A stretch of DNA of 46,080 bases from an uncultured archaeon (GTDB lineage: Archaea > Asgardarchaeota > Lokiarchaeia > Sigyniarchaeales > SOKP01), in the NCBI GenBank assembly GCA_964388035.1, contig CAYLZE010000033.1:1-46080 (forward strand), read 5' to 3'. The position numbers and the translations under genes are program-made. This document shows positions 18,657 through 28,088 of this stretch, piece after piece (positions within the stretch are counted from its first letter, which is position 1; each line of letters opens with the position of its first letter). The notes under the pieces are model-generated. The model ran no database searches. It had not been told where the DNA came from and saw nothing but the letters and a program-made list of their open reading frames with translations.

Positions 18657-20012
18657 TTATTCTTTTTTTTCCTTTCTAAGAGGAGTGTTGCATGCTGGAC
18701 ATCGTTCCCAGCTCAATTTCACGCTATAGGAGCAATTGGGATTAGGACATTCAATTATTTTATCTTCTTGAAGTTTAAGCTGAAGAAAATTTTTACTTAT
18801 TGCATAAGCATCATCAAGGCTTCGCAATAAATTATCTTCTTGAAAAGTATTTCCACATTTAGAGCACCTGTCCGATACTTCATTAATTAAAATCGTCTTA
18901 CCACAGTGAGGACAAAATCCCTTAATACTCTCTAAAAGATCTTCCCGAGAACTCTTTAAGCTATCAGAAATAGACACGATATTTAAATCCTCATATTGTT
19001 GAGACCCTTCGATAATATTTATCAAAGATTCCATTCCATTTTTTGACTTTAAAATTTTTTCAGATTGAATGACGATATCCATTAGAAAAGATTTCGAAAA
19101 TCCCATATCAACCGCATTTTTAATTAAAATTTTTTCAATTAACATTTCAAAAGGTTCTTTAATTTTGGGCCAAATTAGCCCCATTTTAATTATTTGATCT
19201 GCAATTTCTTCTGCCATCTTATCTAAATCGTAATAATTTCTAAATCCAACCATATTTACATAAATAATTTCAGAAAGCAGCATATCTTTTATTATTCGCA
19301 AGGTAGTATTTCCAATTATATCCTCTTCATGAAAGAAAAATATATCTTGAATGGTTTGATCTTCATTTTTCTTATTAATTCTCGTAAACATGTAGAATCC
19401 TATTTGATTTGACATCAACTTATCAATGTAAAATTCAATTCTGATCTTTTTTACTTCATACAACTTACAAAATTCCGTTATTTCCAACTTGTATTCGGGA
19501 GTTGAAACGGAATTTAAGAAAATATAAAACAAAGTCAAGTAAAAATCCCGATTTTGCTCGAATAAAAAGATATTTTGTCCTATTTTGGTTATTATTTGAA
19601 GTATTTCAAAGATAATAGACTCCTCGACACCAATCTTCTTATAAAATGTGATTAATTCGGTAAGGTTAGAAATTTGATTATTTATTTCATTAAATAGAAT
19701 GAACTTAGAATTGGAATGAGGTTCTTCATTTAATTTCTCAACACCTATTTGAGTAATGAAATATCTTTGCTCCTTAACTCCTGAAGTTTTTTCTTCATAG
19801 ATATTTTTCTCAATAGCATTTTTTTTTACATTTAATTTTATATACTTGGAAACAGTGGATCTGCTCAAGCCAGAATATTCTATAAGATCAGTAAAGCGTT
19901 GGGGTCCCATATTTCTAAGAATATATAATATTCGCATCTCATTTTCTTCTATATTCTGAGCTGTCGTGACTATTTTGTTTTTTAATTTATTTGATATATT
20001 CCAAGCGGTCAT
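18657..20012 (-). CDS. Winged-HTH protein with two C-terminal Zn ribbons; putative regulator
   Basis: RILYIL...FTDLIEYSGLSRSTVSKY...RYFITQIG (wHTH); CPHC/CSKC and CPNPNC/CPAC. Confidence 0.75.
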   Translation of the reverse strand: MTAWNISNKLKNKIVTTAQNIEENEMRILYILRNMGPQRFTDLIEYSGLSRSTVSKYIKLNVKKNAIEKNIYEEKTSGVKEQRYFITQIGVEKLNEEPHSNSKFILFNEINNQISNLTELITFYKKIGVEESIIFEILQIITKIGQNIFLFEQNRDFYLTLFYIFLNSVSTPEYKLEITEFCKLYEVKKIRIEFYIDKLMSNQIGFYMFTRINKKNEDQTIQDIFFFHEEDIIGNTTLRIIKDMLLSEIIYVNMVGFRNYYDLDKMAEEIADQIIKMGLIWPKIKEPFEMLIEKILIKNAVDMGFSKSFLMDIVIQSEKILKSKNGMESLINIIEGSQQYEDLNIVSISDSLKSSREDLLESIKGFCPHCGKTILINEVSDRCSKCGNTFQEDNLLRSLDDAYAISKNFLQLKLQEDKIIECPNPNCSYSVKLSWERCPACNTPLRKEKKE

Positions 20013-20154
20013 CTGTAAGAATAATATTTTTTAGACCATATATATTTTATACTAAGATTATATACTTATACTTATTTTCTGTATAAAAACTACAACTTTA
20101 AATTTGGTATACACTTTCTGAATGAATTATCTATTTTCATATTTTAGTATTTGA

Positions 20155-20185
20155 GCACCTTAACATATTGATGTTTTTAAGGTGC
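20155..20185. promoter_or_regulatory. 9-bp perfect inverted repeat next to a TATA-like box; candidate operator
   Basis: GCACCTTAA-N13-TTAAGGTGC followed by TTTAAATA at about 20189-20196, in a divergent intergenic region. Confidence 0.55.
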
Positions 20186-20273
20186 AAGTTTAAATAACTG
20201 ATTTGTTTTTTACTACTTGAGAGAGAGAAATATTTATTAAATTAAAATTTAAAATCTGCTAATTTAATGAAAA

Positions 20274-20480
20274 ATGCCAAGAAACCGTCCTGATATTGTG
20301 GAGATATTAAAAAATATAGAACAAAGACTTGATAACTTGGAGAAAAGAATGGGCAAAATAGAGGAAATAATTAAAGGTTCTCCTAATCCAACTCCAACTC
20401 CAGAGTCGAAAAAGAGGAATAAGAAAAAGATGAGACCTGGATTGGTCAATGATCTACATCATTTGAAATATAATTTTTAA
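20274..20480 (+). CDS. Small hypothetical protein (coiled coil, Pro/Thr linker, basic tail)
   Basis: Heptad-like ILKNIEQRLDNLEKRMGKIEEII, then PNPTPTP and KKRNKKKMR. Confidence 0.55.
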   Translation: MPRNRPDIVEILKNIEQRLDNLEKRMGKIEEIIKGSPNPTPTPESKKRNKKKMRPGLVNDLHHLKYNF

Positions 20481-20639
20481 GATTGCATTATATTAATCCT
20501 ACTTTTATATAATATTATAAAGCTCTATTTCATGTTTTAACCCTTTTATCAAGATTATTATTATCTAAAAGAATCCAAATGGAGATATTGATTTTGAAAA
20601 AATGGATGTTTTTATTTATTGTTAAGAAATAATGGTATA

Positions 20640-22358
20640 ATGGCGATAGATAGTTTTTTTTATTTTACACTTTTTACTGCTTTACTCAGTGGTGTTATAT
20701 ATTTATTAAATTATGAATATAATAAAAAGAAGTCACTGAGTACTCCCAAATTATTGCATGTATTTAAATTTGGCTATTTATTATTATTTTCGGTTAGTTT
20801 TTATTTTTTCTTGTCAAATTTAGATCTTTTTTATCGTGAGCCCGAAAATTTAGCTACATTATTAATTGTTAATGGCTCAATGTTTTATTTTTTTATTTCA
20901 GTTATTCTGTTTGCATTTTCAATGAAAAAGTCGCACAAATTTATAATTAAATTGGACTTCCCCTCCCGATCCCAATGCCATCGGGGGAGCATAAAATTGG
21001 GTAAAATAGTTCACGAAAATCATAAAAAATATTCTTATTATTTAGATTTAGAGGATCTTACCCAACACATGTTTATCTGCGGCATCACTGGCTCGGGAAA
21101 AAGTAATCTCGTGCAATATTTTCTCCTAAAGTTTACCCAAAAACACTCCCTTCCTTTTTTATTGGCGGAATTCAAGGGAGAATACCAATTTTTGCAGGAA
21201 AAAATGCCCAATTTGCTCATTTTAAAACCAGGCGAAAATTTCAGCATCAACATGTTCAACCCTGAAGGAGCAGACGCTCAAGTCCATGCGGAGCGCATTT
21301 TTCAGATCTTTGAATCGGGGGGGATGTTTGAAGGCATTGAATATAGTCCTCAAATGGAGAGGATATTCGTGGATATATTGAATAAGGTATGCAGAAAAAA
21401 AGAAAATAGGAATTGGGAGCGCTTTCAAGAAATTTGCCGCTTTAATCTGGAACATTCCAAAGATCCTACCCTGGAAAAAAGCATCCAAGCTATTGAAAAT
21501 CGAATCAGGAGATATACTTTAGGCACTCTAAAAAAAATCTTTGTTGAAAATGGAAATCTTCCAGTGAGGGAGCTTTTCAAGCAAAATATATTATTAGATT
21601 TGAGTTCAATAATTCGGCTGGGTGGAGAAAAACAAGACGCCTTATTTTTTCTCAACATGATCCTTAAATATCTTTGGGATATGAATATCGAAAGGGGAAG
21701 TGAAGATTATGAAGGAATTAGGCATGTAACTGTTATTGAAGATGCACAATACTTTGCTCCCGAACAAGGTTCCCAAAAAGTAAAAATAACTTCCTATATT
21801 GAGGATATCGCTCTATTACTAAGAGGGACGGGCGAATGTCTCATCTCCCTAGCAACTCGCCCCAATATCAGCAAGGAAATCTTAGCCAATTGTGGGATCT
21901 TGGCATGCTTTCAAACCCACATGCAAAAGGAAATGATGATGGAATTATTGAACCTAAAAGATTGGCAAAAAGATTATCTTTCCATGCTCAAGAAAGGAAC
22001 GTGTATTGTTAGAGTAAATTCTATTGAGCAGCCATTCATGTTAGAAATTCCACACGTGAAGCGAAGATGGTTAACAAGAGAAGAAATAAAAAGGAATAAT
22101 AACATGATTCTTGAAAAATGTATTTCTCATCCTAAAAAAGTTCAAGAATCGAGAGAATTCATATCTTCCGAGCAATCAAAAGCGGAGAAATCCTTAAAGA
22201 CGGTAATAAAACCTCATATAACTTATTGTAAACTATGTGGCAAGAAAATTACAAATGATTCGCTATATTGTTCTGAATGTTTTTTTAAAATAGAAGAAGA
22301 AAAAGATTTTCAAAAATTGGAACTATTTTTGGAAGACATGATAAAAAATGAAAAATAA
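20640..22358 (+). CDS. Membrane-anchored HerA/FtsK/VirB4-superfamily ATPase (DUF87-like) with C-terminal Zn finger
   Basis: About 3 N-terminal TM segments; QHMFICGITGSGKS Walker A, EFKGEY, VTVIEDAQ Walker B, LATRP, CKLC..CSEC. Confidence 0.85.
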   Translation: MAIDSFFYFTLFTALLSGVIYLLNYEYNKKKSLSTPKLLHVFKFGYLLLFSVSFYFFLSNLDLFYREPENLATLLIVNGSMFYFFISVILFAFSMKKSHKFIIKLDFPSRSQCHRGSIKLGKIVHENHKKYSYYLDLEDLTQHMFICGITGSGKSNLVQYFLLKFTQKHSLPFLLAEFKGEYQFLQEKMPNLLILKPGENFSINMFNPEGADAQVHAERIFQIFESGGMFEGIEYSPQMERIFVDILNKVCRKKENRNWERFQEICRFNLEHSKDPTLEKSIQAIENRIRRYTLGTLKKIFVENGNLPVRELFKQNILLDLSSIIRLGGEKQDALFFLNMILKYLWDMNIERGSEDYEGIRHVTVIEDAQYFAPEQGSQKVKITSYIEDIALLLRGTGECLISLATRPNISKEILANCGILACFQTHMQKEMMMELLNLKDWQKDYLSMLKKGTCIVRVNSIEQPFMLEIPHVKRRWLTREEIKRNNNMILEKCISHPKKVQESREFISSEQSKAEKSLKTVIKPHITYCKLCGKKITNDSLYCSECFFKIEEEKDFQKLELFLEDMIKNEK

Positions 22359-22477
22359 TTGAATATATTAATAATCATTTAAGTTCTAATCTTGAAAAAT
22401 CCATATTTAGATTTTTCATTAATAATACCCATCAATAACACATGAAATCACTTTCATCAAAAAACTGAACTTGAATC

Positions 22478-22909
22478 ATGCAAATTTGGACTATTGGACA
22501 TTCTACACGTAGTTTTGAAGATTTTCTTTCATTATTGAAGCATCATAAGATAAAAAACTTGGTTGATGTTAGAAGTTATCCGAGATCTAAACGAGTTCCC
22601 CATTATAATCTAGAAAATTTAGAAGTACTCCTTCCTAAAGCAGGAATAACTTATTTTTGGCTTGGAAAAACTTTAGGAGGACTCCGAGAAGAGGAATACA
22701 TCAAATACATGAAAAGCCAATCTTTTAGGGAAGGTGTTAAAAATCTTCTAACTATTGCTGAGAGGGGAAATACGGTAATCATGTGTGCCGAAAGAAATTG
22801 GCAAAAATGCCATCGTCAATGGATTGCAGAAGAGTTGACTTTAGCAGGTCATGAAATTTATCACATAATTGATGAGACAACTCCTTATCTTCATGAATTC
22901 AGAACCTAA
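22478..22909 (+). CDS. DUF488 family protein
   Basis: IWTIGHSTR, LVDVRSYPRS, LGG, MCAE...CHR. Confidence 0.92.
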   Translation: MQIWTIGHSTRSFEDFLSLLKHHKIKNLVDVRSYPRSKRVPHYNLENLEVLLPKAGITYFWLGKTLGGLREEEYIKYMKSQSFREGVKNLLTIAERGNTVIMCAERNWQKCHRQWIAEELTLAGHEIYHIIDETTPYLHEFRT

Positions 22910-23045
22910 TTACGAAGGGATCATAATTTTAATGCTTTTAAGAAGTTAGTTTCATTTATTAATGAAAAGATATACATGAAGAAGTAAAAAAAAGAAATTT
23001 AACTTAATGAATCCTGTAAAATTGGATTTAAACAAAAAAATATTA

Positions 23046-23300
23046 TTACTTTCCTCCCGCTTGAGTGGCCATTACGGTAATGACATCCTTCTTAGGATGA
23101 ATTCCAATTTTAGAGAACTTTAAGTCATCTGGTAAGACTTTCCCTTTAAAGATAAATTGCACCGCAAGGATAGGGTTTAACTTATATTCACCTTGTACTT
23201 TTTTCTTAATATCTCCAACATTCATCTCAGTATCTAATTCAATCATCTTAATGGCTTGATCAGGAGGTACTCCCGTTAAGCGGAAACGATATTCAGTCAA
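23046..23300 (-). CDS. Ubiquitin-family protein with C-terminal GG-K
   Basis: VGDIKKKV, QFIFKGKVLPDD (ubiquitin has RLIFAGKQLED), ends TQAGGK; TTG start after GGTG. Confidence 0.85.
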   Translation of the reverse strand: MTEYRFRLTGVPPDQAIKMIELDTEMNVGDIKKKVQGEYKLNPILAVQFIFKGKVLPDDLKFSKIGIHPKKDVITVMATQAGGK

Positions 23301-23615
23301 ATTTCACACCATCAAATTTTTATTTTTTATATATGATTGAGAGTTACATGTTAACATGATAAAATAAGGATTTTCGTCTAACTGTTTATACTTAGGTATG
23401 AATGAGATTTATTTAATAGGTAAGGGAATAATAAAAGGTTGGGTACTTTCACATGTGAATTTTCAATGATAATAACAACCTTCTCAATTATTAGATTATA
23501 TTTATATTATTTCCGCGTTATTTTTTTACATCATTATATTAAAAATAAATATTAATCCCAGAAAGTCTTTATTTATTTGAAATTGTTGAATTAACTCTTA
23601 AGAAAGAAAATTATA

Positions 23616-24257
23616 ATGGAAAACAACAATGGAACTGACAAAGCTAAACAAGATTCACTATTTAATGAATCTAAATCAGCATTAGAAAGAATTACTTTTT
23701 TCAGCGATGCTGTAATGGCCATAGCAATCACATTGTTAATCATTGAAATCGTGCTTCCCTCAGCAACTCCAGAATCAATAATGCTTGATTTGATCGATTT
23801 AATACCTAAATTGTTTAGTCATGTTATCAGCTTCTTCATAATTGGCTCATTTTGGATCGCTCATCATCGAATATTTACTTATATTATTAGATATGACTCT
23901 ACCCTATTATGGTTAAATTTGCTCTTCTTATTTTTTATCAGTTTTCTTCCCTTTCCGACAGCATTATTGGGTTCATATAATTATATTCCGTTAGTGGTGA
24001 TCATTTATTCGATTACCGTTTCATTACTAAGCATTTCTCTCTTAATGCTGTTGATTTATGCCTCCCATAATTCAAGATTGATGCGTGCGGATGCCAACCC
24101 CGCTATTATTAAAAAAATGAAAATTCTGAATATTTTCAATACTATTGGGTTTTTATTATCCATTCCATTAGTATTTTTATCTGTTTATGCAGCTTTTATC
24201 ATGTGGTGGAGCATGCCCATAATAGGGATAATATATCGTCGAATGGTAAAAAATTAA
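23616..24257 (+). CDS. TMEM175 family potassium channel
   Basis: ERITFFSDAVMAIAITLL (RxxxFSD), FWIAHHRIF, FLPFPT; six TM. Confidence 0.93.
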   Translation: MENNNGTDKAKQDSLFNESKSALERITFFSDAVMAIAITLLIIEIVLPSATPESIMLDLIDLIPKLFSHVISFFIIGSFWIAHHRIFTYIIRYDSTLLWLNLLFLFFISFLPFPTALLGSYNYIPLVVIIYSITVSLLSISLLMLLIYASHNSRLMRADANPAIIKKMKILNIFNTIGFLLSIPLVFLSVYAAFIMWWSMPIIGIIYRRMVKN

Positions 24258-24415
24258 TTCTTACACGATATTTTTTATTATTACATGTTTTTTTTTAATT
24301 TTTGCCCAAACTTTTCAATTGCTACTCCATCTGAATAATCCATTAATGAAATTGAACTATTAAAATAAACAAAAGAAATGATAGATTTAAGAAATATTAG
24401 AGAGAAAAAAACGGA

Positions 24416-24964
24416 TTAGCTAAATGCCTTAAACATTTCTTTCTTGGCTTTACAAATCGGACAATTATCAGGAGCATCTCCCTCTAAGGTATAGCCGCAT
24501 ACTCCGCATACCTGAATTGTGCCAAGTTCTACGTCTTTTTTTCCATCCACTGCTTTTTTAGCTTTTACATAAAACTTCTCATGTTCTATTTCTGTACTTA
24601 AAGCCCATTGAAATGTTTTTATTGCTCCAGATTCCTTCTGGAGTTTGGCTGTTTCGATATATACGGGGTACATTTCCGTTATTTCAAAGTGTTCTCCATC
24701 AATCCCTAACTGCAGATTATGCGCGGTATTATTCGGACCAAAAGCACCCATGCTATTAGCTACGAACCCGCTGTTTAAATGCTTTAATTCACGGAAATGA
24801 TCGCCCGCATGAATATATTCGGCATGAGCCACGGCTTCGAAAAGACGAGCTACATTATTATATCCCTCCTTTTTTGCAATATTGGAAAAATGGAGATAGC
24901 GCATGTGTGCCATGGACTCTCCTCCGAATGAATTTAAGAGGTGTTGTTGCGTGATTTCTTTCGT
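24416..24964 (-). CDS. rbr: Rubrerythrin; N-terminus extended to an ACG codon
   Basis: KEITQQHLLNSFGGES lies in frame upstream of the called ATG; EYIH, EIEH diiron motifs; rubredoxin-like CGVCGY..CPIC. Confidence 0.9.
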   Translation of the reverse strand, partial: TKEITQQHLLNSFGGESMAHMRYLHFSNIAKKEGYNNVARLFEAVAHAEYIHAGDHFRELKHLNSGFVANSMGAFGPNNTAHNLQLGIDGEHFEITEMYPVYIETAKLQKESGAIKTFQWALSTEIEHEKFYVKAKKAVDGKKDVELGTIQVCGVCGYTLEGDAPDNCPICKAKKEMFKAFS

Positions 24965-25095
24965 GTCATTTCACTTTAAAAGCGTGAATTTCTTTTTTAA
25001 AGAGATAATTTTAATATGATTTTAAAACTTTCTATTAAAAATAAAAAACAATCTATTATTGTTAATTATTAAAAAAAACGAATTTTTTTAAGGGT

Positions 25096-26265
25096 ATGAA
25101 AACAAAAATCTCCATTCAAAAAATTCATGATGATGATGTAGAAAAATCTGTTTTTAAAGCATTAGAATTGATTAATGCACAGCATCTTTTTCAAAATGAA
25201 GGCATGAAAATATTAATTAAGCCCAACATTCTTTTAGGAAAACCTCCAGAAAGGGCTGTTACTACTCATCCTGAAGTAATCCGTGCCGTCATTCATTGGT
25301 TAAGGCAATATAAACCATCAGAAATCTATGTTTGTGATTCAAGCGGAGGATCAGAATTACACATAACAGAACGGAGCATGAAGGATAGTGGCATTTTAAA
25401 AATGTGTGACGAAGAGAATGTCAATTGTGTTCCTTTCGAAAAAACTGAAAGAAAAATTTATCATGTAGAAAATCCCTTAGAATTGGACCAGTTTGCAAGT
25501 TCTATTTTGATTGATGAAGCTGATTTAATTATTAACATGCCTAAAATAAAGACGCACGGTCAATGTCTTTTCACGTGTTGTATTAAAAACCTGTTCGGCA
25601 CGATATTACGCATTAATAAGCCCAAGACTCATGCCCAATATCCTACTATTAACCGTTTCTCTGCTGCTTTAGCAGACATTTATTCGGTTTCAAAACCTCA
25701 ATTAACAGTTGTAGACGGATATTATTGTCAGGAAGGAAATGGGCCTTCAAAAGGAGATGTTGTAAAAATGAATCTAATTTTAGCGGGGTATGATGGAGTG
25801 GCTTTAGATACCGTGGTATGTAATATTATAGGCATTGATATTAACAATGTAATACATGTTTTAAAAGCGGAAGAGAAGGCATTAGGTACTACCAACTTGA
25901 ATGATATTGAAATTCTAGGAGAATCGGTGGAAAACGTTTATAGGAAGTTTAAATTACCATCCACCTCCCCCATATCTGTTCCCTTACCAAAATCAGTCGC
26001 CAAATTTGTAGGGAGAAATCTTTTTAAAGCTACCGTGAAATTTAACCCGAATAAATGCGTGCTCTGTGGTACGTGCTGGAAGAATTGTCCCGTGAAGGCT
26101 ATAACACCTCCTTTAGTTGTGCGTAGGGGAAATATTCCAAGATGGAATAGGAGAACCTGTATTACATGCTATTGCTGTGCAGAGCTATGTCCTCATGAAG
26201 CGGTTGAGTTTAAAGTCGATTATCTCAAGAATGTCTTATTTTCTTTTGTAGATTTAATCTCTTGA
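25096..26265 (+). CDS. DUF362 protein with C-terminal 2x[4Fe-4S] ferredoxin domain
   Basis: LIKPN, TTHPEV, PKIKTH, IKNLFG, EGNGP; CVLCGTCWKNCP and CITCYCCAELCP. Confidence 0.92.
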   Translation: MKTKISIQKIHDDDVEKSVFKALELINAQHLFQNEGMKILIKPNILLGKPPERAVTTHPEVIRAVIHWLRQYKPSEIYVCDSSGGSELHITERSMKDSGILKMCDEENVNCVPFEKTERKIYHVENPLELDQFASSILIDEADLIINMPKIKTHGQCLFTCCIKNLFGTILRINKPKTHAQYPTINRFSAALADIYSVSKPQLTVVDGYYCQEGNGPSKGDVVKMNLILAGYDGVALDTVVCNIIGIDINNVIHVLKAEEKALGTTNLNDIEILGESVENVYRKFKLPSTSPISVPLPKSVAKFVGRNLFKATVKFNPNKCVLCGTCWKNCPVKAITPPLVVRRGNIPRWNRRTCITCYCCAELCPHEAVEFKVDYLKNVLFSFVDLIS

Positions 26266-26418
26266 ATTTTTTTTTAATAAAAAAAGGAGGAGAATTTCCC
26301 AAATTCACCTGAAAAATTAACCTTATTTAACGTAAAACCAATATTAAATTAAAGCATATAAATTACATGAAATTAATGAATAAAGGATAAAAAAGGAGTT
26401 CAATAGGGATTAATAAAG

Positions 26419-27810
26419 ATGAAACTTGTAATCTTAAATGGTTCGCCAAAAGGGGATGAGAGTGTTTCGATGCAATACATCCTCTATGCCAAGAAGAAAG
26501 TTCAGGAACACACTTATCAGATATTGAATGTTGCTCAACAGATTAAAATCCTCGAAAAGAATGAGGAAAGATTTAAGAAAGTACTGGAAGACATCAGAAC
26601 TGCAGACGGAATCATTTGGGGTTTTCCAGTATACGTGATGCTGGTTTGCTCGCAATACAAGCGTTTTATTGAACTAATTTTTGAGCGCAACGCCCAGGAG
26701 GTTTTTAGAAATAAATATACTGCTGTATTATCTACCTCGATTCATTTTTATGATCATACCGCACAAAATTACATTCACGGAATTTGTGATGACCTAGGAA
26801 TGAACTACGTGGATTTTTACGCTGCTGATAGCTGGGATTTATTATATCCAAAAAGAAGGAAAGTATGGCTCCAATTCATGGAAAACTTTTTTGATAGCAT
26901 CAATAGGAAGGTAACGACCCAAAAAGAATTCTCACTAATTATAGCTCGAGATTTCAATTATGTTCCTCAAAAAACCTTGCCAGATAATGAACGAATTGAT
27001 GAACATGGAAAAAAAGTTCTTATTGTTTCGGAATCCACGGATAATGGAACCAATTTAGGGAAAATGGTCAGGCAATTCAAAAGTTATTTTATCGGAGAAA
27101 TTGAAACCATAAATATACACGAATTGAACATTATCTCCGGCTGTATTGGATGCACGAAATGTGGCTATGCTCATGAATGTGTTTTTGAAGACAAGGATGA
27201 TTTTAAGGAATTTTGGGCAGAAAAGGTAATGAAAGCTGACATTCTGATCTTTGCAGGAGAGATGAAAGACCGTTTTCTCTCCTCTCGATGGAAAAAAGTA
27301 TATGATCGGGCCTTCTATAATAATCACACTCCCACCATGATAAATAAACAAATAGGATATATTATATCGGGAGCTCTTAGTCAAAATCAAAACCTCAAAG
27401 AGATCTTGCAAGCCCACGTGGAATACCAAAATTCTAATTTGGTTGATTTCGTTACGGATGAGTTCGGAACTTCAGAGGATATTGATAACTTGTTGTATAA
27501 CTTGGCATTTAATTCGATAAAATATAGTAAGCAAGATTTAATTAGACCACATACCTTTTTAGGAGAAGCTGCAATGAAAATTTTTCGGGATGATGTATAT
27601 GGAAGAAACCGGTTTGTTTTTCTTGCCGATCACAGATATTACGAAGAACACGGTGTCTATGATACGTTTCCCCAACGGGATAAGAGAGCTAAAGAATTAA
27701 ACGAGAAACTCATCCCGTTAGTTAGTATTGAAAAAGTTCGAAAGAAATTGAACTTGAAACAAGAGTTTCTAAAACCTTTTAGAAAGGTAATTAATGATCC
27801 TAGGAAATAA
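26419..27810 (+). CDS. Tandem flavodoxin-fold NAD(P)H-dependent oxidoreductase / iron-sulfur flavoprotein
   Basis: LNGSPK, ADGIIWGFPVY; second domain carries CIGCTKCGYAHEC (CX2CX2CX5C). Confidence 0.85.
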   Translation: MKLVILNGSPKGDESVSMQYILYAKKKVQEHTYQILNVAQQIKILEKNEERFKKVLEDIRTADGIIWGFPVYVMLVCSQYKRFIELIFERNAQEVFRNKYTAVLSTSIHFYDHTAQNYIHGICDDLGMNYVDFYAADSWDLLYPKRRKVWLQFMENFFDSINRKVTTQKEFSLIIARDFNYVPQKTLPDNERIDEHGKKVLIVSESTDNGTNLGKMVRQFKSYFIGEIETINIHELNIISGCIGCTKCGYAHECVFEDKDDFKEFWAEKVMKADILIFAGEMKDRFLSSRWKKVYDRAFYNNHTPTMINKQIGYIISGALSQNQNLKEILQAHVEYQNSNLVDFVTDEFGTSEDIDNLLYNLAFNSIKYSKQDLIRPHTFLGEAAMKIFRDDVYGRNRFVFLADHRYYEEHGVYDTFPQRDKRAKELNEKLIPLVSIEKVRKKLNLKQEFLKPFRKVINDPRK

Positions 27811-27884
27811 TTTTAAAATCAAGTCGTTCTTTTTTATTAAAATAAAGTGAACTTAAATGCAATGATAGTTTAAGTGAGTTAGAA

Positions 27885-28088
27885 ATGACCTGGGGAGGAT
27901 TTCTGAATAAAGAAGGTTCCCAATACTATATATTTCTAAGAAATGCCGATAAGACGATTGAATTTCTGGAAGAGATCAAGAAATATTTAGAGGACGAGGA
28001 AAAGAATTCCATTTCTAAGACAATTGAAATTATTACATCCTATATTAACAAATTATCTGAGAATGAAAGTAAGGATTTAGATACGTAA
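27885..28088 (+). CDS. Small hypothetical helical protein
   Basis: 67 aa, amphipathic, GTGAG SD-like motif, fills the intergenic gap. Confidence 0.55.
   Translation: MTWGGFLNKEGSQYYIFLRNADKTIEFLEEIKKYLEDEEKNSISKTIEIITSYINKLSENESKDLDT

Noticed and set aside
20640-22358. Integrated conjugative element or provirus around the ATPase
   Set aside because: No integrase, relaxase, capsid genes, att repeats or tRNA target seen
10596-23300. A ubiquitin operon linking the ThiF/E1 gene and the Ubl
   Set aside because: About 12 kb apart with unrelated genes between; no E2, RING or JAMM genes; the E1-like protein lacks the loop Cys
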